From NCBI GenBank assembly GCA_016839815.1, contig JAEOTM010000070.1:1-54336 (forward strand): DNA of 54,336 nt. Direction: 5' to 3'. The notes beneath the pieces are model-generated. The model did not search any database and had not been told where the DNA came from. It saw nothing but the letters and a program-made list of their open reading frames with translations. This document shows, piece by piece, positions 7,565-17,031 of this stretch (position 1 is its first letter; each line of letters opens with the position of its first letter). Both the position numbers and the translations under genes were made by a program. Origin of the DNA: Candidatus Hodarchaeota archaeon (GTDB lineage Archaea > Asgardarchaeota > Heimdallarchaeia > Hodarchaeales > Hodarchaeaceae).

Positions 7565-10072
7565 ATGAGTAGTAATATTAGGATCACTCCTATTGAAAAA
7601 ACCATGTCCAAGAGTTATTTAGAATACTCTATGTCAGTAATAACAAGTAGAGCACTTCCTCATGTTAGGGATGGCTTAAAACCTGTTCATAGACGAATCC
7701 TGTGGGCAATGCATAATTTAGGCTTGACACATAGCCGTCCTCCAAGGAAATGTGCCCGTACCATTGGTGAGACAAGTGCAAAATATCATCCTCACGGAGG
7801 TAATGCAGTTTATGATGCGTTGGTCAGATTAGCTCAACCTTTTTCTCTCAGATATCCATTAATTCAAGGTCAAGGCAATTTTGGAAGTATGGATGGACAA
7901 CCTGCAGCTGCTCAACGATATACCGAAGCAAGAATGGCTGAAATTGCAAACGAACTGCTAACAGATATCAATAAGAACACAGTTGATATGATAGACAATT
8001 TTGACGGATTAGACAAAGAGCCAGTGATTCTTCCTGCGAAAATCCCTAATCTTCTCATAAACGGAGTTATGGGAATAGCTGTAGGAATGGCGACTTCTAT
8101 GCCACCTCACAATCTGGGAGAAGTTTTAGATGGAGTGAAGGCTGTAATTAAGAATCCAGAAATAAGTATAGCTGAATTAATGCAATTTATTCCCGGACCT
8201 GATTTCCCAACTGGAGGAGTAATTTTTGGCACAAATGGAATTAAGCGAGCTTACCACACTGGATCAGGGAACGTAATACTTAGAGCAAAGTATGAAATTG
8301 AAGAGAAAAAAAATCGAACAAGGATTATAATTACTGAAGTACCTTATCTTGTAAAACGACAAGATACCATAGAACATCGTGGATTAGTCGATATAATTGA
8401 ACGTATGAAAGAAGCAGGAAAATTCCCAGAAATTGGCAGTGTCAAAAATGAATCCAACATCATTCGTGGTACACGAATCGTTATCAGTTTGAAACAAATT
8501 GCTAATCTTGAAGTGGTATTAAATCGTTTGTTTAAATTCACCCCGATGCAAACTTCCTATTCCATCAAAAATATGGTCCTCGTAGATGCTAAAGTGGGTG
8601 AAGAGGTTAAGATACGACCAAAAAATCTGAATCTTAAAGCTTTGTTGACCCAATTTATAGACCATCGACATGAAATCGTTGTCCGAAGAACTGAATTTGA
8701 TTTGAAAAAAGCAAGAGAAAGGGCTCATATTTTAGAAGGGAGAAAAATTGTCGTTGAAAATCTTGATGAAGTCATAAAAATAATTAGGGGGTCAAATAAT
8801 GGAGCTGAAGCACAATCGGCTTTAATTACTACGCTTAAACTTTCAGAGATCCAAGCTAAGGACATATTAGCATTACCTCTTAGGAGTCTTACACGGTTTG
8901 ATCGTGACAAAATACTACAGGAGTACAAAGAAACCCTAGAAGCTATCAAGGATTATGAAGGCATATTGGGGAGTGAACAGCGCATCATGGGAATTATCGT
9001 ATCCGAGATAGAGGATATTAAATCAAAATATGGGGATCCAAGAAGGACTAGTATTGTACTTGATGATTCAGATGGATATGAAAACTGGATGGATAAAACT
9101 GAAGAAGATTTTATCACAGAAGAGGATATCGTAATTACTCTAACTTCTAATGGATATATTAAGTCAATATCAACTGATGTGTATAATTCTCAGCATCGTG
9201 GAGGTAAAGGTATTAAGTCCATGGATATTGGGAAGGATGATTTTTTACAGGAAATGATTGTAGCTTCTACGCATGATACTATCCTCTTCTTTACAGTTCA
9301 AGGAAGAGTCTATCGTGTTCGTGGTTTTGAAATCCCTCTATCAAAACAACGAGTTACAAAGGGAGTAAATATTGTAAATCTCCTCAAAATGGATAGAAAT
9401 GATAAAATTGTGGCTATAATCCGGGTTAGGAAATTCAAACCTGATCATTATCTAGTATTAGCAACTAAAAACGGTCTGATAAAAAAATCTCCTTTATCAG
9501 AGTATGAGAATATTCGTTCAACAGGAATTATTGCTCAAAAACTACGTGATGACGATGTAATCATTGGAGCTAAAGTTACTGACGGATCTAAAGGTTTAAT
9601 TCTTGCTACAAAAAAAGGGAAAGCAATTCGCTTCAAAGAAACTGATGTGCGTGTTGTAGGTAGAAGTAGTCTTGGTGTGATGGGTATAAGGCTAAATTCG
9701 GATGATTGTGTTGTAGATTTAGCAATAGTAAATAAGAATCTGACCTTATTGACCATATGTGAGAATGGATTTGGGAAACGATCTACCTTTGATAAGTATC
9801 GTATTACTAGACGCAATGGGAAAGGAGTCATTAATATCAAAGTAACTGAAAGAAATGGGGATGTCATCGCAGTTAAAAGCGTCACAGAAGATGATCTTCT
9901 GTTGATGGTTGCGAATGATGGAAAGTTAATTCAAATTCAGATGAAAGATATACGAGCAATCGGTCGTGCGACCTCTGGGGTGACTTTAATGCGTTTGGAG
10001 AAAGGAAGTGGGGTCAAAATTTCCTCTGTTGCATTGATTTCTGGAGGAAATTCTAACAAGGAGGTTTACTAA
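7565..10072 (+). CDS. gyrA: DNA gyrase subunit A
   Basis: RDGLKPVHRR, YHPHG, catalytic AAQRYTE, GIAVGMAT, GPDFPTGG, GyrA-box QHRGGKG and beta-pinwheel repeats. Confidence 0.97.
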   Translation: MSSNIRITPIEKTMSKSYLEYSMSVITSRALPHVRDGLKPVHRRILWAMHNLGLTHSRPPRKCARTIGETSAKYHPHGGNAVYDALVRLAQPFSLRYPLIQGQGNFGSMDGQPAAAQRYTEARMAEIANELLTDINKNTVDMIDNFDGLDKEPVILPAKIPNLLINGVMGIAVGMATSMPPHNLGEVLDGVKAVIKNPEISIAELMQFIPGPDFPTGGVIFGTNGIKRAYHTGSGNVILRAKYEIEEKKNRTRIIITEVPYLVKRQDTIEHRGLVDIIERMKEAGKFPEIGSVKNESNIIRGTRIVISLKQIANLEVVLNRLFKFTPMQTSYSIKNMVLVDAKVGEEVKIRPKNLNLKALLTQFIDHRHEIVVRRTEFDLKKARERAHILEGRKIVVENLDEVIKIIRGSNNGAEAQSALITTLKLSEIQAKDILALPLRSLTRFDRDKILQEYKETLEAIKDYEGILGSEQRIMGIIVSEIEDIKSKYGDPRRTSIVLDDSDGYENWMDKTEEDFITEEDIVITLTSNGYIKSISTDVYNSQHRGGKGIKSMDIGKDDFLQEMIVASTHDTILFFTVQGRVYRVRGFEIPLSKQRVTKGVNIVNLLKMDRNDKIVAIIRVRKFKPDHYLVLATKNGLIKKSPLSEYENIRSTGIIAQKLRDDDVIIGAKVTDGSKGLILATKKGKAIRFKETDVRVVGRSSLGVMGIRLNSDDCVVDLAIVNKNLTLLTICENGFGKRSTFDKYRITRRNGKGVINIKVTERNGDVIAVKSVTEDDLLLMVANDGKLIQIQMKDIRAIGRATSGVTLMRLEKGSGVKISSVALISGGNSNKEVY

Positions 10073-13000
10073 ATGGTACCTTCGTCAAAGTCTTCAAAGA
10101 AAAGCATTTCGAGTGAAAAGGTAGTTAGAAGATCTGCAGCTGATTTTTTCCAGGATAATAAAGCTATTGCAGGTTTCGATAATACTATGAGGGTTGTTTT
10201 TACTAGTGTTCGTGAATTGGTAGAAAATGGATTAGATGCAGCAGAAAGAATGGGGCATTTACCAGAACTGCATGTGACAATTAAAAAATTGGAAAAAGAG
10301 GAAATCGCCAGGTTACTAAATGTCAGCTCTTTCGAATCTTCTGAAAAACTAGATTTTCTTAGATTAACTATCAAAGATAATGGGAGTGGAATTCAGTCTG
10401 AATTCATACCTCCTCTTTTTGGTCGGGTTCTTACAGGAAGTAATTACGGAGCTCGACAATCACGAGGTCGGTTTGGACTTGGGGCTAAAATGGTATTGTT
10501 AAATGCAATGTCGTCAGTGGATTTACCTCTTATAATTAAATCGAAGTATATAAATGAAGATTTTACGAGTTATCATGAATTAATGATAAATCTTGCAGAG
10601 AATGAACCAATAATACTTGCCCAACGTGAAATTCCACAGAATACGGCTGAAGCGATTGTTGAGTCGGGTACTGAGGTTTCAGTCACTTTCACTGGAGCCT
10701 GGAATCTAGCCTCTCGCTATATATATGATTATTTTTCTCAATTAGCAATGATTACTCCATACGCTAGTTTCTACATTCAATACCCTGATTCTGAATCTCC
10801 CATTGAGTTGGAAAGAGTAGTAGAGGAAATGCCTGCTTATCCACGGATAGCAAAAGTACATCCTTGGGGTACAGATATTACTCAGTTTAAGCGTGAGCTT
10901 AGTGTTACGAGTAGTGAAACCATGGAAATCTTCCTTCAAGAACATTTCCAGGGTATAGGACCTAAAACTGCACGAGACTTCCTTGATTTTGTTAAAATTG
11001 ATCATGAGACTGATCCTAAGAAATTAAGTGCTAGTGCTATTAGACGGATAGTTCATGAAGGTTTCACAGTCCCAGACCGAGATAAAACCAAGAAGAAAGA
11101 AAGAAAATATTTCTCTTTCAAACGACCTAGTGGAGATTCATTATCACCTCTAGGTTATGAACTCTTAGAGAAAGGTATAAGCAAAGAATTATCTCCTCAA
11201 TTTGTAAAAGCAACTTCAGGTGATATATCAGCCTATAGTGGACATCCATTTATCGTAGAAGCTGCTTTGGCCTATGGAGGACCAAATCTTTCCAAAGATG
11301 AAGGAGCTCGAGGAGCAAGTCCAAAAATATATCGATTTGCAAACAGGATTCCGTTACTTTTCGGTGCAGGTAATGATATTATTTCAAAATGCGTCCAAAA
11401 GATGAATTGGAAGAATTACAAGATTAATATTAACAAAGCACCAATAGCAATTGTTGTTTCAGTTGTATCTTCAAAAATCCCCTTCCCAGAAACGAGTAAG
11501 GAATATATCGCGGATGTTGACGAGTTAAGGCATCAAATCAATCGCGTCTTGAAGAAATTAGCTAGAGGATTAGGTCAGCATTTAGGTAGAGCTGAACGAG
11601 AAAGACGAGAAAGGCAAAGACAATCTCGATTTGAAAGTGCAGCACCAAGAGTTATACAGAACCTCTCACATATATTAACTACCGAAAATTCACCGTATTT
11701 ATTGTCATCAGGAGAAGAAATTTCCAAATTACAGAAAGCATTAGCTTCAGCAATTCCTCGGTTGGTTAGGAGATCCTATCCCCCAAGTCCACAGATTTCA
11801 ACTATCGGGGAATGGCTTCCAATGGATATTCACTTAAAACTTGTCGAAAATAATATTCAGACAATTTATCAATTTCTACGCACCCCTGTTCCTGATTTAT
11901 CCAGTATTACAGGATTATCAGTGGAGAGAATTGATGCTATTATTCGGAAAACTGTTACCCAACAAGAGCAAACATATCGATCTCCAATCGTGAGAGTTTT
12001 TGATTTCTTCTCTAAGGAGATTGAGAGAGATTTTTCGAAGTATCGGAGGAGTAATACTATTCATAAGTCATTAAATAAAAGATGGATTGTAAATGCTTTT
12101 GATTTCTTTTCTACTCCCTCTTCCCAGCTTCGAGAGGTAGACGATTTTTCAGAAAAACTCATTTTCGAGACAAAATTAAAAGCAATTAATGATTATTTTA
12201 ATACGACTCCAGAGGACACATTTAATTTTAGGCTTCTTCCTTGGTTGACACCTGACATTGAAAAAATCCTGAAAAATGCAAAGATAACTAATATCTTGGA
12301 ATATTTCGTTACATTCCCAGAAAAACTCTCTTCAATACCAAAACTAGCAATCCGTTTAATCGAAAGTGCAAAAGAAGAAATTCGAGACGGAGTGAAGGGA
12401 GAATATATTGATCCAGAGAAGGTTATTGGAGCATCGACTTTTGATTGGATGGATTACAAAGTTACACCAAAACTTAGAGGAAAGAAAATTTCCAAGATCA
12501 AGGATTTTCTAAATTCTCCTTCAGAAAAACTTGCTGAGCTGACTGAATTAATAGATAATCTAATAGTCAGGTCTAAACACAAATTGAAAGAAGAATTGCA
12601 GGTATATAATGATGAAAATTCTCTTTCCAGAATTCCTGGCATGAATGAATCCATGTTTTCGGATTTAGCTAGATTAAATGTTCGGGGATTCATTGATTTT
12701 CTCTTAACGAGTGAAAAAGAACTACTTATCGTTCGAGGACTAATGGATGCATTAATACTACTGAAACAAGATGAAATCTTGGAGGAAATCAATGCTGCTT
12801 TTGATCCTGTCCCGATTAAAAAAGCATACTGGCTCGATTTGGAATTAGAGAGAATTCTTCAGATGAAAGGAATCTTAACAATCTACGATTTTATTAGTTA
12901 TCCAACAGAGGAATTACGAAAATTAGTTGATATGGATCCACTGGTTTTAGAAACAATAAAACGGACTTATGGTACACCAATTACTATTCTAGATAGCTCA

Positions 13001-16000
13001 CTAGTGAGTAAACTTGAATCATTAGATATATTATGTCTTGAAGAGCTAATTTCTGTCGTTTCACAAAATAAAATAAAACCTAAATCTCTCTCTACAGAAG
13101 TAACGAAAATTTTAGAGCAATTAAATGTACCCGTCTGTTATCTTCCAATTCCGAGTAAATACTATTCATTACTTCATCATTTAGGAATCTCTAAGGTAAT
13201 AAACTTCCTCATCTGGCCAGATTATGATTTACATAAAAAATCAGGGATCTCATACAAAATAATTGAGGATATTAAGAGTAAAATCACCTTAGAGGGAATC
13301 CAAAACCAAATTGAAAGCAAGAGAAGGCCATTATCGATTCTAAAGAACAATTTAGAACAAAAATCAGTGAATAAACTTCTGGATTCAGATTTAAGTGTTC
13401 AGGAGCTATATTACAATCTTCCTTATGAAGATGAGAAAATTAAAGCTTTAAAATTGACTCAAAAAGAAACAAATTCGCTAATAGAGATATTTAATACCCC
13501 CATCACGCGATTATCACACATTCGTCCCAGATGGGTAAGTAGTTTAAGAGCAAGTGGAATAAAATCTTTTATCGACTTTATCTCGTGGTCGCCAGATGAA
13601 ATAGCAGGTATTTTAGGACGTGATACAGAATATGTTTCAGAATTGACAAGTAACATCCCCAAATTCTCTGATGGGATGGCTTTAATAGATCTTGGAGTAT
13701 TTACCGTTGCGGAAATGAAAACTTTAAAGACTCACGGCTATTCCACCGTAGAAAGTGTTTATTTCTGCGCAGATAAACAAACATTTGGTGTTATGGGTGT
13801 TAAGTGGAAAAAAATTGAGCGATATCAAAGAATTTTAGAAACCCCAATTGCTATGATTCAATTACAGGGAAGTACAGATCAAACCAAAATCAGAGTATCA
13901 CATGATGGATTAGAAGCATTAGCGAATAATGGAATTGATCAGATCATTAAGCTGATTTACTGGCCTTCAAATGAACTTAAATCAATCCTTAATATATCTC
14001 TAAAGCGAATAGATGAATTAAAACAAGCTGTGGCTATTAAAGAGCACGGAATGCCTTTGGAGCAAGTCGCTGGATATAACAGAAAAACAATATCAACACT
14101 GACAAATTATGGTATTGAAACTGTGGAAGATTTGTACTTTAGTGCAAATGAAGACATGCTTGATGAAGAAGATGATCTAGATTTTGCATATGTAAAAAAA
14201 GGTGTAGAATCACTAGATCTTCCTACTACGTATCTAAGTGGCATTATCCCACCGAAATATATTGATAAGCTTATTAATTATCGACTTGACACGATATTAC
14301 GGTTTTTGATATCCTCACCAAATGAATTATCAAATGTTTTAGATACTCCCGCAGAGAATGTAGAGAATCTTAGGAAGAAAGTTAATTTAATCCGGTTAAG
14401 AGAATCTACTGAAACTTCTGCCTCGATAATTGAGGGTTTAACTAGAAAACAGAATCGTGCTTTGGCTGAGGAGAATATCTTATCAATATATGATTTTTTG
14501 ACAACTCCAGACGAGCAACTTATAAGTATAATTGAGATAGAACCAGATTCCCTTAAATTAATGAAGCGAGAATTGAATCTTACAAATATCAAGACAATTA
14601 AGGAAGAAAAAATGATCCCTCTAACAAAAATTTCATTATTTGATAAAAATACTGTGAAGAAATTTGCTCGATACGGTATAGAAAGTTTGGCTGACCTGTA
14701 TTATACTGCAACACCTAAGACACTAGAGGAAAGTGATCTTGAGTGGCAAATAATACTAGATTCTCGGTTGGTATTAGAAATGCCAATTGAGACCAGTACT
14801 ATTATTACTAGGGCTGAAACAAATGTTTTTCACCGAAAGAATGTTAATTCTATATTCGATCTCATGATAGATTCGTGGGAGGATTTGAATAAAAAAACTG
14901 GAATACCAACTGATAGAATTAAGAAGATTCAGGAATCCATTCGTATACATGATATAATTAACTTGTTAAAGAATCTCTCTGTTGAAAGAATCCAGTTTCC
15001 AGCTGATTATTTAGCAAAGATAAAAGAAAAGAATATTATCACACTTTACGATTTATTAAATTCTCCTGAAGAAGAGTTATATTTGAAAAAGCAGAAAGAA
15101 AAGAAAATACGTATCACACCTGATTTATGGACTAAACTATTCACAATTTTATCAGTTCCCCTTTACTTAGTATTTGGAGCAGATAATGAAAACGTCAAAA
15201 AATTGAAACAAAAGAAAATCGATTCAATACGTGATGTCTATACAGTCGATTCGGAAAAAATCGAAAGTTTATTGGAACAGTCTCCAGAACCACTGTATTC
15301 GGATTTGAAAACGTTAAACTATGAGGAACTTAGTCAGCTTCTCACCATACCAATTAGTTTTCTTCCCTCATTACCTATAGAATGGTTTTTCCCGTTACGA
15401 GAGAATTCTATTCTTCGTGTGGGGGATTTTATTAAACTTAGTCACCGGGATTTGGCATCTATGGTATCTGCATCCTTTCCGAAAATACGAACCGTATTTA
15501 ACGCTATCACATTCGCTAATCTGATGAAAAAGTTAGAGGAAGAGGCTATTCCACTTACAAAAATATCAACTTTATTACCTCCTCAAACTCTAGAAGTATT
15601 ATCAATTAAAAAAATAACATCTTTACAAGCTTTGATCTTGTCGAATATTGAGGAATTAGCACTGGATGGAGTAACCGACCTTCTTCGGATATTAGATGGA
15701 CCCATAAATAGATTATCAGAAGATTTGCAAGTGACAGAATTACGAAAGATTTCTAATTCTGGTATCACAACTTTGAGCTCATGGTTTTCAGCACCGAATG
15801 ATGGTTTGTCCGCAATATTAGGAATGAGCAATACAGAAATAAATAGTTTAAAACAAAATTTTAACTTTGACATGGCCGGTAAGGTTGTTGATTCAGAGAT
15901 AACTGTATCAAGTGTAATTGAATCTGGTTTTATTGATTTTGAGGAACTTAAAAAACATAAAGTCAATACTCTGGAAGACCTGTTATTTATTGAAATTGAG

Positions 16001-17029
16001 ACGGTTGATGCTTCTGATCAATTTAAATCCAGGTTAAACAGTTTACGCGATGCGTTAAATTCTTCTCTTGCATATTATTCACTTGTACCTTCGTCATATG
16101 TTGTCCCACTTGCATTCAATGGAATTACGTCTGTTTATAATCTTATACAGACCGAATTTTCACAATTAGAAGGACCTACAGGGCTTATATCAGAGGAAAC
16201 CTACAATTTTGCACGGAATTCAGTGAATTTAGTAGATATATTGACTCATAAGAAGACCGAATCCGAATTTAGAGTAAAACTATCCTCATTAAGGGCTTTT
16301 ACTCCCAATCAGCTTTCAAAAATCCAGGAGCTTGGGATTGATAATGTAATTGATCTGTACTTCAGATTGGACTCAGATCGATGTCCTAAATCCTTGGTAC
16401 CGGCTATTGATGGAGTCAAGCGAGTTCTCGAAAAGCCTGTTGCAGTCCTTCCACTTGTTAGAGAATCCTTTCCTGTAAAAATCCCTCTTATGTTTAATAT
16501 GGGTTTAACCTCAATAATTGAATTTTTATTCTGGAATAAAGATGAATTAGCAGAAATTCTTGAGGTGAAAAGATATGAGATCTCAAAATATCGGAAAGTC
16601 AATCTTACAGATTTGAAACGTAAGAAAAACTTAGGTACTCCTGTTCAGAACTTCGTACGCCTCTCTGAGAAGTATTATGAACCATTAAGTGAGTTTGGAA
16701 TTACAAACATCGAGGATCTCTACTTCTATGGTAAAAGATATGCGGATTTGATCCCAGAAGAGCTAGTTCCAGGGAAATTATTAAACGCCTATATTTCTGA
16801 TCTCGAGACACCAATTGTAAAACTCGCTGAACTTCCTATTCCCTCTGCTCAAGAACTTGTGAAGAAAGGAGTAACTAGGATTATCGATTTTGTTTATTGG
16901 CCAGATGAGGAATTGAAGAAAACCCATGGATTGTCTGCAACAAAAATTAAGAAAATCCGATCCAATATTCGATTACGTAGGAAAACAGATGTATTAGGTC
17001 AATTGGATTCGTATATGGGAGGTAATTAA
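10073..17029 (+). CDS. top6B: DNA topoisomerase VI subunit B with a ~1750-aa C-terminal helix-hairpin-helix repeat extension
   Basis: N-terminal ~560 aa: RELVENGLDA, DNGSG, QSRGRFGLG (GHKL), FQGIGPKTA (H2TH), FANRIPLL, WKNY, SKEYIA (transducer); the rest is tandem ~60-aa repeats. Confidence 0.95.
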   Translation: MVPSSKSSKKSISSEKVVRRSAADFFQDNKAIAGFDNTMRVVFTSVRELVENGLDAAERMGHLPELHVTIKKLEKEEIARLLNVSSFESSEKLDFLRLTIKDNGSGIQSEFIPPLFGRVLTGSNYGARQSRGRFGLGAKMVLLNAMSSVDLPLIIKSKYINEDFTSYHELMINLAENEPIILAQREIPQNTAEAIVESGTEVSVTFTGAWNLASRYIYDYFSQLAMITPYASFYIQYPDSESPIELERVVEEMPAYPRIAKVHPWGTDITQFKRELSVTSSETMEIFLQEHFQGIGPKTARDFLDFVKIDHETDPKKLSASAIRRIVHEGFTVPDRDKTKKKERKYFSFKRPSGDSLSPLGYELLEKGISKELSPQFVKATSGDISAYSGHPFIVEAALAYGGPNLSKDEGARGASPKIYRFANRIPLLFGAGNDIISKCVQKMNWKNYKININKAPIAIVVSVVSSKIPFPETSKEYIADVDELRHQINRVLKKLARGLGQHLGRAERERRERQRQSRFESAAPRVIQNLSHILTTENSPYLLSSGEEISKLQKALASAIPRLVRRSYPPSPQISTIGEWLPMDIHLKLVENNIQTIYQFLRTPVPDLSSITGLSVERIDAIIRKTVTQQEQTYRSPIVRVFDFFSKEIERDFSKYRRSNTIHKSLNKRWIVNAFDFFSTPSSQLREVDDFSEKLIFETKLKAINDYFNTTPEDTFNFRLLPWLTPDIEKILKNAKITNILEYFVTFPEKLSSIPKLAIRLIESAKEEIRDGVKGEYIDPEKVIGASTFDWMDYKVTPKLRGKKISKIKDFLNSPSEKLAELTELIDNLIVRSKHKLKEELQVYNDENSLSRIPGMNESMFSDLARLNVRGFIDFLLTSEKELLIVRGLMDALILLKQDEILEEINAAFDPVPIKKAYWLDLELERILQMKGILTIYDFISYPTEELRKLVDMDPLVLETIKRTYGTPITILDSSLVSKLESLDILCLEELISVVSQNKIKPKSLSTEVTKILEQLNVPVCYLPIPSKYYSLLHHLGISKVINFLIWPDYDLHKKSGISYKIIEDIKSKITLEGIQNQIESKRRPLSILKNNLEQKSVNKLLDSDLSVQELYYNLPYEDEKIKALKLTQKETNSLIEIFNTPITRLSHIRPRWVSSLRASGIKSFIDFISWSPDEIAGILGRDTEYVSELTSNIPKFSDGMALIDLGVFTVAEMKTLKTHGYSTVESVYFCADKQTFGVMGVKWKKIERYQRILETPIAMIQLQGSTDQTKIRVSHDGLEALANNGIDQIIKLIYWPSNELKSILNISLKRIDELKQAVAIKEHGMPLEQVAGYNRKTISTLTNYGIETVEDLYFSANEDMLDEEDDLDFAYVKKGVESLDLPTTYLSGIIPPKYIDKLINYRLDTILRFLISSPNELSNVLDTPAENVENLRKKVNLIRLRESTETSASIIEGLTRKQNRALAEENILSIYDFLTTPDEQLISIIEIEPDSLKLMKRELNLTNIKTIKEEKMIPLTKISLFDKNTVKKFARYGIESLADLYYTATPKTLEESDLEWQIILDSRLVLEMPIETSTIITRAETNVFHRKNVNSIFDLMIDSWEDLNKKTGIPTDRIKKIQESIRIHDIINLLKNLSVERIQFPADYLAKIKEKNIITLYDLLNSPEEELYLKKQKEKKIRITPDLWTKLFTILSVPLYLVFGADNENVKKLKQKKIDSIRDVYTVDSEKIESLLEQSPEPLYSDLKTLNYEELSQLLTIPISFLPSLPIEWFFPLRENSILRVGDFIKLSHRDLASMVSASFPKIRTVFNAITFANLMKKLEEEAIPLTKISTLLPPQTLEVLSIKKITSLQALILSNIEELALDGVTDLLRILDGPINRLSEDLQVTELRKISNSGITTLSSWFSAPNDGLSAILGMSNTEINSLKQNFNFDMAGKVVDSEITVSSVIESGFIDFEELKKHKVNTLEDLLFIEIETVDASDQFKSRLNSLRDALNSSLAYYSLVPSSYVVPLAFNGITSVYNLIQTEFSQLEGPTGLISEETYNFARNSVNLVDILTHKKTESEFRVKLSSLRAFTPNQLSKIQELGIDNVIDLYFRLDSDRCPKSLVPAIDGVKRVLEKPVAVLPLVRESFPVKIPLMFNMGLTSIIEFLFWNKDELAEILEVKRYEISKYRKVNLTDLKRKKNLGTPVQNFVRLSEKYYEPLSEFGITNIEDLYFYGKRYADLIPEELVPGKLLNAYISDLETPIVKLAELPIPSAQELVKKGVTRIIDFVYWPDEELKKTHGLSATKIKKIRSNIRLRRKTDVLGQLDSYMGGN
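11785..16980 (+). repeat. Protein-level tandem array of ~28 degenerate alpha-CTD/RadA-N-like HhH units within Top6B
   Basis: Recurring P[IV]xxL...LxxxGIx[TS][IV]x[DE][FL]hxxxxx[ED]L..hxGh, e.g. LQMKGILTIYDFISYPTEEL, LRASGIKSFIDFISWSPDEI, LTNYGIETVEDLYF, LVKKGVTRIIDFVYWPDEELKKTHGLS; counted by eye. Confidence 0.85.
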
Positions 17030-17031
17030 AA

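Noticed and set aside
11785-16980. Intein or mobile-element insertion explaining Top6B length
   Set aside because: No intein splice motifs (C/S start, HN end), LAGLIDADG or transposase signatures; the extra sequence is a C-terminal repeat array.
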